This document shows positions 12,401 to 24,400 of a stretch of 64,000 nucleotides of DNA, piece after piece. Made by a program: the position numbers and the translations under genes. The stretch spans positions 124,001 to 188,000 of the forward strand of contig NW_025767172.1 in the NCBI RefSeq assembly GCF_003918875.1, read 5' to 3'. The DNA comes from Haliotis rubra (lineage: Eukaryota). Position 1 is the stretch's first letter; the number at the start of each line of letters is the position of its first letter. A model generated the notes under the pieces. It saw only the letters and a list, made by a program, of their open reading frames with translations, ran no database searches and was not told the DNA's origin.

Positions 12401-15400
12401 GTTTTGGAAGCTTGATGAACCAGTTGCTTGGGGCGTGCTCAGGGTCAAGACTTTTTTAATCAATACAATCATGCCACAGTCCGATGAAAGCAGTGTGATA
12501 CACGTCCATTTTCACAATTCTTGGAGGTTAGGGAATCTGGTACCGGTAAGCTGGGCTCTGTCTAGCATATCGCTAGTTGGCGCCCGCAAAGGGAGCCGGG
12601 AACAAGCTTAGTGCCGGAAGTCACGCCTCTGAGGCGAGACTTACAAGCCCTATAGATCTGGATCAGTGTCCCTTTAAGACAAACGCAAATGAAGATGTAG
12701 ATTAAGATGCAAATGAAGTTGTAGATTAAGATGCAAATGAAGATGCAAGTGAAGAGGCATATGAATAATAACTTACAACTGCAGTCAGGAACGGTATCTG
12801 GATACCAGACTCCCGAGTCCATGCCACAAATATACTTGCGTTCGAACGTGGCAGTATACGGAATGTCATACCCTTCCTCACACTGCAGCTGGCACAGAGC
12901 GCCCTTTACCCAAGTGTCACACACCATTCCGCCATTGTTTGGAGCACGAAGGGATGTACAGTTGTGTACTGAAACATAGGTTTAGAAATGCTCGGTTATG
13001 TAAAAGCAATATCAACAATCTGGCAGATATATACTCATAGAAACGAATAAAGAACACATGAAAGTACAAGTGTTCCTGTATTCTTTTCCAGATTTCTTCA
13101 CAGGGTATGTATTGCACTGTGAGTGGAGTTCTGAAATAAATAAAGGAACACTTGTACTTGCATGTGTTCCCTTATTCGTTTCTATGAGTATACATGTATG
13201 TTACTATAGATTTGAACCAGATAACACCCGTGAAGAATTGGTCTTAGGCACCCCATGCTTATCGGAAAATAGGGCTAACGGGATCGTGTGGTCAGGTTCG
13301 CTGACTTTGTTTACAGATGCCATTGTTTCCCAATCGATGCTCATTCTGTTGATCACTAGTTTGTCTTGTCAAGACTCGATTATTTACAGACCGCCGCCAT
13401 ATAGCAGGGATACTGCTGAGTGCGGCTTTAAACAAGAAAGTCAACAAATGAACCAAATTACTGTAGATTTGAACCAAAGTCACAGTGTACAATCATTTTT
13501 CCCCACTAGGAACAAATATTTGTGGTAATATACAACGAAAACACTAACGGGAAAATAAGATACTCACCACGACAAGACGGTTTGTATGTATCCACATCTG
13601 TCCCATTATCCCAAGCCCAATAGCCTTCCATGGTATTTCCTTTCAATGTGCACGTGATGTACTGTTCGCCAATCAGCTCGAGGGACAGTTCACAAGTCAG
13701 AACACAAGATTTCCTAACTGACATGCCTTCATCACAACGCGAAGTTAGGTATTTGACTTTGAAATACGGATTCCTGCAGATAACACCTGTGAAACGAAAA
13801 ATGTAATGTTAACATTGGTGCGCTATATGTCCTCGTGCAAAGAGGACACGCGGAGTATACCCCCTGATGAATAGATTGTAGGGAAAAACGTCCTCGGTAA
13901 AAAAGTACCGGAAAAAAGGATTACTTATTCATCAACTTTGAGCTCAAATATTTTAGAAAAACATTGATAACTCACACAAAGGGTTATTGAATAGATTAAA
14001 TGATCTTTTATCTTTTTAATGACACTTATATAAACATGATGAACTCACATACAAAGGGTGATTAAAAAGACGTATTAGATATTTAGATAGGTCTTTGATC
14101 TTTTAAATGACATTTAGAAACATAAAGTACTTACATTTTTTGTCTTTTCAAAGGCATGAGTTGTAAGTTTCAAAGTGTCTTACATTTACACGAAGTACTT
14201 ACATATTCGTGAGTATACACTAATATAGGATTTGTCTGCTTTACATTTGTTGTATGAATATGTCAATGAACGCTATGAAAAACTATCAAATACTTTTTAT
14301 TCTTTTGTCAAAAATCTCCTTTTTCAAAATAGGACTTTTTCCGGAAGACTTTTTTTCGTAGGTAAATTTAGGACTTTTTTTCCGGTACTTTTTTGTCCGA
14401 GGACTTTTTTTACGCACAACGATCGATGAATAGCTTCTTCTGAATGTCTTTGTGCAGGACATTGATATGAAGAACACTCTAGCACTTTTAAACTTGAATC
14501 TTTATGCGTAACTACATTTGGATTCAGCATGAAAACAACCAATAATAAACATAATTGTTTCTAGACCAATATGGTTTGAGATTACAGATCCAGAATGATG
14601 TGTATGGACTATTGTCTTCCTATTACTTACAACAGACAGTTCAAACAGTTCGCCGTAATATTGCTGGAATATTGCTAAAAGCGTTGTAAAACTAAACTCA
14701 CTCACTCATGACATAATAACTAACCATCAATGTGATCAAAACGGACGCATTTAAGACTTACTTTGCACAACCACGATGAAAACACATGGTTCCGCTTGGT
14801 TCTGGCTGGAATCTTTGGCTGTGAATTTGACCAAGGTAGATCCAAGTTCAAACATACCCTCGCCCGGCATTGCTTTCGCCATGTTCGTTAGTTTGATTTT
14901 CTCATTTGAATTATCCGATACGGTAATCGCTGGCCACTCCACTTTCGTCACGTTTTCACCGCTTGATGCTCTGATGATTATCTCGTTGGGGCAGTTGTTA
15001 ATCTGCGGTGCTTTCGTATCTTCAAAGGAAAGTGCATTAATACATTATTAGTATATATTACTTTACGGGCATTGAGTGTCGGTAACAGAAAGAGCCTAAT
15101 GATATTCGATTAAAACAATTAAACATAGAAACCATCAATGCACGAGGCTTCTGCTTGCATGCATCATTGGTATTACAGGATTTACTACTGCTTCCACATA
15201 AACCAAATTTTTGCATTGCTGGGAAGCGGCAACTAATGTTTTCGGTTGTTTTTTTCAAAATGGCCGCCATGACGGACATATTGCAATCATGACCAGGACC
15301 TATTATACAAGCTCGAGGTGTATCGTGGAAATACGCATGTGCCGTTACAACTTCATCTGTTTCATAGTGATGATGAAAGTGAGGACGTACAACGGACCAC

Positions 15401-18400
15401 CACAATGTAACATTACTTGACCTTTAGAAACGTGCGTTTAAGACCAAGCAACCTGTCTGTTTTTCGTTCGCTTACCAGATGAGCAAAGCATTCATCTGAG
15501 CATGTTAAGATGATACCCATCACTTTCATTTTTCGATTTTAGACAGGGTCAAAATTTTGACATCGTCAAAATCAAAACATCCATGCTCTCACAGAACAGG
15601 TGTGCATAAGAACAGCTGTGTCACTAAGATTATAGTCGTACGTAATAATGAACAAGAACATTAAGTGCTGAAGAGAATAATTAACTGACGTTTCTAAGAA
15701 TACTTGAGACATCGATGGCTAAATAACTTGTGATAAGAATACAGTGAAATAACAAGGTTTGGTTTGAATATAACTTTTCAATAAACTTCAGCATTGTATA
15801 ATAAGGTCGCTTCTTCGTTTATGCATCATTATATAAAGTAAAACTAACTGAACATAGATCATACTATTCATAATACATTTACATTCAGATACATTCGACT
15901 GCAGTTCATTTCACACAAAACTACCCATGTTGTAAAAGTTCAGAAACATGGTCGGTGTACTGTTGGTCACCTAAACGGTTTTCAATCAAATCGTCCTCCA
16001 GGGACCTCCGCATCCGCCTCTTTCTGGTTGGTTCACGTTCTTTCTGCAACAGTCGTGAACCTTCGTAGATGTTTGGGTGGCTTTTCTTCGCGAGTTTGTT
16101 TACCTTGTGATGCCACCCTTCCATGTGGTTATTGGTGCGGTGGTAGTCTGTCTCACAGTCCCTGAAGCGCATTAGTTTCCCTACTGCCAAGCCCCCTCTG
16201 CAATGCTAAAGCCCTAAATGAAGCAAGTCAAGATTTCCTCAAGTTCTGAATCTCTAGACTCCCTGGGGCTCCTTTTCAGTTTATATGGGTTGTTTGTTAC
16301 TATCAAAATTATATATATTCAGAGACTAAGCGTTAGTCTAGTGTCGAGGCTGTTATTCTGAAAGTGATTCCATATTGACTGATGCCTCGGAGCCTCGAGC
16401 CCTCAATCCAAGTCGTCGCCACATAGTTCATCAGCTGCGTCGCCTTCTCTCTATCTCCACTATCCCCTGGCACTAGAGGGAGACTCCGTTTCATGTTTTC
16501 CAATGTCAACTTTTGCAGTAACGACTCCAGAACCGCTGTCATCAACTCTTACAGAATCACCAATTTTGATAATGGGGCAGCCATGTTTGTTTACAAACTC
16601 GCCCACGCAATGGAAAATCCCCTGTAAACTCGCTTCGACATCATCAATGAAATATTAAACATTTTAGGATTCCCATGTCGGCCATGGAGTTTTGGGAAGG
16701 TAGTTCGTGTATTGACCCAATTTGCATATTTATCCGCTTTGGATACCAAGTTTATCAGATTACTTTATTGCACCGATAACACCCTCCATTACATGATAAT
16801 CATATCAAATCTTTATTTCTAGTACAAAAACACCTCATCGGTGCAGACATGAAATATAATGATAACAATGAAAGCATGTATAAGATATACAATCTTTATA
16901 TGACAAAATTGATTTCCTTTTTTCGAATGCACAAAACAGATATTTAGCAGTATTCAAGGAAATGTCTTCATTTTTGGATGATAACAACGAATTGAATTTT
17001 TGTATATTGGGGAAGACATAGAATTGCAACAAAAGATATTTACGTCTTAATTCAATGTAGGCTGGACAGATAAGTAAGAAGTGATATTTATTTTCAATTA
17101 CGTTTAAGTTACACATTTTGCATGTTCTTTGTTCCCGGGGAATGTTATAGTAACGACCTCTTTCAATGTCTACACTATGGGAACTTAACCTAAATCGTGA
17201 TAAACAAGATCTATATTTGGATACAGTAATGTGAGTTAAGTATGTTTCAAGAGAAATCGTTAATTTAAAATTACAATACGTAAACATTTTAAACATGATA
17301 AATTAACTTACCTTCACACTTTGCATGGGACGGCAGCCACCGTTGGCTAATACTACATACAGAGGGACCTTGAGGGTTTGGCGTGTAGCCCTCCCGTGCG
17401 CACTGTAGAAATCTTAACGAACCGATATCTGTGCCATCCGGGTATTTGAATTCTCCCCTGTCGGGATTTAGGGACTTGGCACATCGTTTGGCTATAAACA
17501 GAAGTAAACCATAGCTTTGGAGTGAGTGAGTTTACTTTTACGCCGCAATATTCCAGCTATATGGCGGCGGTCTGTAAATAATCGAGTTTGGACCAGGCAA
17601 TCCAGTGATCAACAGCATAAGCATCAATCTATGCAACAGGGATACGATGACATGTGTCAACCAAGTCAGGAGCCTGACCACCCGATCCCGTTAGTCGTCT
17701 CTTACTATAAGTGTTATAGGGGGACTAATTCTGGATAGCCGAGTCGTCCAAATATTTAAAAACTAAAACCTATGTACTCAAGACATGCGAGACTTTATTG
17801 TAATTATTTATATGACGCTAATCTGTATTCTATGTAATCCTTATCACTTCCGCATTGTACATTGACTTGTCAGGCAATTTATTACTGTATATGACATTTA
17901 TAACCTAATTGGTCATTCCCATTGGCCGTGTCTGCCATCGCATCAACTGGTCAAGGAAGTGCTGTTGTTTTTTCTATCTGTCCATTGTTGAGTCTTCGCC
18001 TGTCCATTGTTGTCATAAACTGTATATATACTTAGTATGCTTACATCTATACTCTGAAGGAAAACAACGATTCCGGTTTTCCGACGGTCTGTTTAGGGTC
18101 GACCGCGAGCAGGATAATGCCGCTCGTAGGAGACGCCCTGGGGTTGAGCAGGAACTCCGCTCACCTCATTTATGTCTTGTGTATTTGTTTGTCATGTAAC
18201 TAAAGAAGTTTGAACTCAACGTCTTCCCTCGTCTTGTCAACGTGTTGTACGTACACGTCATCTTAATCGTGAGCTAATTCCCCAGTTGACGCATAACCAC
18301 GCATTGAAATAAGCATGGATTACTGAAGATCAGTTCTAACCCGGATCTTCACGGGTACACAGAATGTTACATATCACATTTTGCAGTTCATGCAGATCAC

Positions 18401-21400
18401 CTGAATCGACATGGATGGAATCCATTTTGAGATCTGGTCCATTAGTTTAACAAGCAATCACAAATCAGAAATTTATGCAAACAAATAACAGATACACGTT
18501 ACACAGAAATTATGATTATTATAATGGATTATGTACATAATTCATAAATACTGCACACATTTGTTTGTGTGTGTGCTTATCCTATGTAAAAAGACAATCA
18601 AAACGTATATACCAGTACAAGTTGGAGGTGTGCCCTTCCAATTGCCATCTTCGTTGCAGGTTACGCTGCTACCTCCTTTACGAATGAAACGGTCAGAACA
18701 TGTGTAATGACATGTACTCCCAGACCTGTGGCCATCAGAACAAGTACGGAAACCATTGGGAAGCCCCGGTGGCACTTTGCAAAATACCTCTGAAATGTAA
18801 CTATGGTCCATTAGATGCAAGTCTAGTCTAACTTTTGACAAATATTGTTGGGTGCCTTTAAAATCGGGGTTTTGGTCACTGTGTTATAATGTATGTCGTC
18901 AGTATGGTCAAATTCAAATCTTCCATACTTCGTTTTCAAATTTCCTTTGAAAAGTGCAGGTAAGAATTGAAAGCATGTTATTTATGATTACAACCGATCC
19001 TGAGAACATTCAGATTCCTGATAAGATGCATGTATGAGTATGTCTTGAAACTATGGAAACGAAGCTACAACATATTGCTTACCTTTCTTCAGAAACGTCA
19101 TTGAACACGAATCGGCGTGCACATTCACAACTGAAAACAAGTATAACTGATTATAAGGGAATACGTAATGACAGACAGGTAGCTGGTCATATCCGGTTAT
19201 TGTATTTCTGTTGAAATATACTCTTCCAAAAACGTAGGGGAACCTGAACTTTCAATTTGGATAGGAAGTATAAGCATTAACAAAGCTGAAACGTTTCAAA
19301 GAGAGGCATCTTATGACCGCACTACCATTTCTCTTTAGCACCACCCCTAAACACAACGATGCACGTGCACAACGCAGTAGCCCTTACACGTGCATGGGGT
19401 GTCATTCTTGATTTTGACGGTTTTCAAGAAGGTCGATATATCACTGTAGACCATTAATTTTGACAACCATCTTGCATCACACAGTAGTTAGTGTTTGTTT
19501 CTAGCCGGACTGTTTTGGTTTGAAAATGAAAATTCACTTCATACACCAATCATCTTTCAAGAGCGATTACTGTACAAACAACTATGGTCATAAGGAAGTG
19601 CAAGTGGTGATGCACTCTCAAAACATTCATTATTATATCAACATTGATTGACTCCGACATATCTCCCAATCTTTTCAATAATAAATTATAAAATGAAGTT
19701 CCCCATACTGTTTTTGAAGAGTATATTATAAAACACACATGAAATAGTAAGTGATTAGAAACGTTTTTGAAGTAAATGAGTACAAATGAAACCATCCTCA
19801 TTTTGCTTTTGATGGTCAAAATAACAGCATACTTTCCAAGAGTACAATATTTCAAGTTCGCTTCAGTGTATTTACGTGGTTGAACATTTGACATGTGGAT
19901 GTCGCTCAGTGATGTAAAGCGCCTAAAGTCACAGAGTTGCGTTCCAGTTCAACATTGGTTACCATCGATTGTTTTACAAAGTCGGTAACATATAGTCCTT
20001 TCATTTATGTCTCCCACCCGTGAAGATCCGGGTTGGAGTCGGTCTTAGGCAACACATGATGTAAGAGGCGACTAACGGGATCGGGTGGTCAGGCTCGCTG
20101 ACTTGGTTGACACATGTCATTGGTTCCCTGTTGCATAGATCAATGCTCATGCTGTTGGTTACTGGATTTCCTGGTCCAGACTCAATTATTTACAGACTGT
20201 CGCCATATAGCTGGAATACTGCTGAGTGCGACGTAACCAACAAACAAACAACCATTTATGTCTCCCTGAATACAGTGCATGGAAATGTGTACATTTAAAG
20301 AACAATTCATTAACCCTCTAAAGGTTTACGGATTCGAAAAATATATAGCAGGTTTTTCGATTCCCATACACAGATTACATTTCCTGGAAGGAAGCAATAA
20401 CATAGGTATATCATTCCAGTGGAAGAATTTACCAATGGGAATTCATCCTTTGTTACATACATGTACACAAATGTGTTAATTCGAAGTATCTCACTTGCTG
20501 TGTTGGTTAGCTCAGAGTTGATATAACTATTTTAATCACATGTCAAATGGTGTTAGCAAAACTTCCCAACTCGGAGAATGCATTCCATGGTACATATTGC
20601 AGATGATGTCATTACATATGGTGTAGTAATCACCACAGATACTGTTAGACACAGTATGATCGGTAATGAAGTTACACTGTGCTTCAGTAACTATGTATTT
20701 TAAAAACCACCACTGTGTAACTAAGGTAGCTATTGGAACTTCTATTGTTGATGTACACACCACTGATCATGAATACAATACGCCTTCCCAAACTAGAAGA
20801 ACGTCTTTACTAATGTGTTACGCGAGTGACTAGAAGTACAGCGATTTCTGTTTCAAACTGTGCTGCTTTTACCATGTTTGCCCAAACCGGAAGTGATGAC
20901 ATGAAAGAGAAAATGAAGTAAAATGTTATACAAAACGTTGTCAGTTATTCAAAGTATTACATGACCAGCCTGGGTTGGCAGCACTAGGGAGGTGTTGTTT
21001 TTTTAAAGGGTCACTGCACGGGGCATATGTTTTTGAACCCGGGAGTAATGTCGTTAAAATGGAAATGCATATGAGAGTGTAGAAAGTAACTAGGTGCAAC
21101 CGGAAGTGATACCAGTTGTGCGGAAATCCCTGTACCTGTTATAAGTAAATGCTTCATCTGACGGTAATATGGCTCAGCTTTTAGAAACGATACACGCCGG
21201 TAAGGTCACCAGATTTGGTAATGTCAAAACGGTTCTTGACACGCAAGTCTGGTGGGAAAGTGTTGGATATTGTGGACGTGAGGCTGTTTCTATTTCTGAT
21301 TGAAACACATGATCATTGGTGTTGAAAGAAACTTTATACTCACATTTGCGGTTGCTGTTGTCGATGCATTTTCGACACCTTCCTGAGTTGCATTCGACTG

Positions 21401-24400
21401 TTCTAGTGTTTCGGGAGATGTATTCAGGGAACATGTTACATCACAACATTTGTTCGGATCATCTTTCTTGATATACCTTGGATATAAACAAGGTTAGGTT
21501 ACGGTGTAAACCCATTACACATTATTCATAAAGTATACCAAATGGATATAGTGATATGGGTTGACCTCCATGGAAGGTAGTGAAAATCGTTGAAAATCAT
21601 GTGCAAAATCATTTAATAAGTACAGATGATGTGTAAAGTATTCGTCATCTACAATGGCAGTTATATCTGTCTAACGAAATACTGCGATATTAATTCACCC
21701 AATGAACCACTGTGTCAGTAATTGCTGCGATTGTGGATGAGAAGACGAAGTAATATAGGTTATCACGCGAGTGTGTTTTGGGATGGTTAATATCCGGCAT
21801 TAGGATTAATCATTGTATTTAGGGACTGTTCATAATTTATGGCTGGAGGGGGTGATGATGATTTTAAGGGGGGTCACCCATTTTGTTCTGGGGAGAGGGG
21901 GTTGGGGTCATCAGTTTCGTACACATGTACTAAGAGGGGTTCAGCAATTTTGTGTGTAAAAGTATTTTAAGATTATGCTTAGAAATTATGGGAAGGGGGA
22001 GGGGGGGGGGCTAATTGATTTTGCACATGGTACGCAAGGGGGGTCACTTACGTTGTACGTAAATTTTAGAGGGGGGTCATTCACATTGTACATGCTTCTG
22101 CATAAAAGTCATCATCACCCCCCTTGCCATAAATTATGAACGGTCCCTTGGCAAGCCTTGTTTATGCCTAAAGCAGGATGTTAACAATCCAAAAACACAC
22201 GAGTGTGATCATTCTCACTTTATAATTTTAATTTACTGAATGCGATTTCAATTGCCACAAGTTATGAAACTAAACTTGGAATGTGATATCCATGACGTCA
22301 CAAATGTATGCGTAGTAATAGGCATACGTTACGTCACAGGCTCGGTGACACAATTTTCTACTGATCACTCAATTGACTGCGGTAGGTCATCTAGTTCCCA
22401 GTAAGATTTTATGTTAAAACACGTGTCTACAGATCCTAGCTTCCGTTTGAAAATGAACAACAAAGGTGTGTGGAACTTAAGAAACCTTCAATTAACTTTT
22501 TGAACAGATGCAGAATGTTCGAGTGACATTCTGCACCTGGATTCCTGCTCGCTAACACTGACATTCAGTCGGGGATCTGGTGTTGGTATCTTCGTAAGCC
22601 CATGAATTTCTATCTTCGCTTCGTAATTCACTCCAATCATGATTACCACACATGAATTTTCTTTATCAAAGCACTGACAGTACCGTAACCACGGCCATCA
22701 ATCCGGACACGATCGCCGATAGATGGGCGTGACGCCATGTTTGCTTACACTGTGAAAGAAGTCCCTAAAAATGTGCATATGACCTCTCTAATTTGCAGCG
22801 TCTTACAGCTGCAGAGCGGGAACGAGCTATCGGAATGGTCCAGATCGGGGCCACCCACGCCCTCATTGCACAAATCTTCGGTTGCTCACGTGTTGCTGTA
22901 ACCAACTTGATGCAACGTTTCCGACAGACTGAGCAGACCTCATACAGACCAACATACGAAGACCGGTATCTGCGCATCTTCACCTCCGAAACCGATTCCT
23001 CACAGTGACGTCATCAGCGACGAATGCCTTAGGTCATCAAGTCAGTTGGCAGACTGTCAGCAGGCGACTCCGGGCTCGAGGTATTAGAGCATTACGACCA
23101 CTACGAGGACAGTTACTGACCGCTGAACATCTTCGTCGGAGACTGACATGGGTCCGAACTGTACGTCGTTGGCAGTGACGTGACTGGCAGAGGGTCGTCT
23201 TCAGTGACGCGAGCAGGTTCGCCTTGTTCAGGGCTGATGGATATTTGTAAAGTTTGTAATGGCCGTTAGTATAATATGTAAGTGATATTTGGCATTTTGA
23301 AGTCGTTAGTATGCATGATGAACTGCGATTAAAGATATCCAGATCTTCACCTGAAAATCGGAGCGGTGGGGTAACCTTGTGGTAAAGGCGTTTGATTCCC
23401 GGGTTCGATTCCCCACATGGGTACAGTGTGTGAAGCCCATTTCTAGTGTCCCCCGTCGTGATATTGCTGGAATATTGCTAAAAGTGGCCTAAAGGTAAAC
23501 TCACTCACTCACTCACTCATCTGGTAAGCTGTAGAGGAACAAGTTTATATGGATTGACAGCAGAACTGTTTTCCATAGAAAGTTTGTATTTCGAACTGTT
23601 TTCAACACCTGATACCCCCTCCAGCCTGTTCACTAGTTCATAGCCTATAGTGTGTATTCAGTGTATAGGATTCAAGTTACAGAAACATGGTTGTACTCAC
23701 CTTTTATATTTCGACTCCAACAAGCTTACTGTTGGAGTGTCATACTTTATGTCGGCTAAAGTGCGCCATGTGTCAGAACGAAAAGGACAGTCGAGCTTCA
23801 AGGTAATGTCAATGGGCTCTCTTGGTTCTGAAATAGATAGCCGGACATTTACACAATGCCGATTCTAGCAGAGGTATCAAATCCCAATAACAAACTCTGA
23901 TTGAAACAGCTTATTTGACGGTTGCAGCATGTTTATTTGTTACAAATGTAGAGTTACGCTTAGTACGATATGTGTGGTAAGCCTGGGAATACATGATACG
24001 GCTTCATACAGCAAACATAAGTTTGACAACAAAGGTTGAAAGAGTCGTCACTTGCTTTAGCATGACGTCTTCGATGATGGCCTTGTCCTATCAGCTTGTA
24101 AGGAAAGCAATAAATTAATGTCTGTTCTTTTTTAGAAAATGGGGAGAAAATGATGAGGCCATCCCAAAATGTCCAGAAATACGAATGAACTGTAGGAACT
24201 GAGGGCTGAAAGCGGATGTTTCCAACTGGGTTGGTTGGTTGGTTTGTTGTTTAACGCCGTCACTCAGCAATATTCCAGCTATATGGCGGCGGTTTGTAAA
24301 TAATCGAGTCTGGACCAGACAATCAAGTGATCAACAGCATAAACATCGATCTATGCAATAGGGATACGATGAATAATGAAGACTGCTTACTTTAAATGTT

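Noticed and set aside
21344-21477. Candidate SVEP1-like exon (YIKKDDPNKCCDVTC...)
   Set aside because: Ends in phase 0 and I found no downstream partner restoring phase 1; left unresolved.
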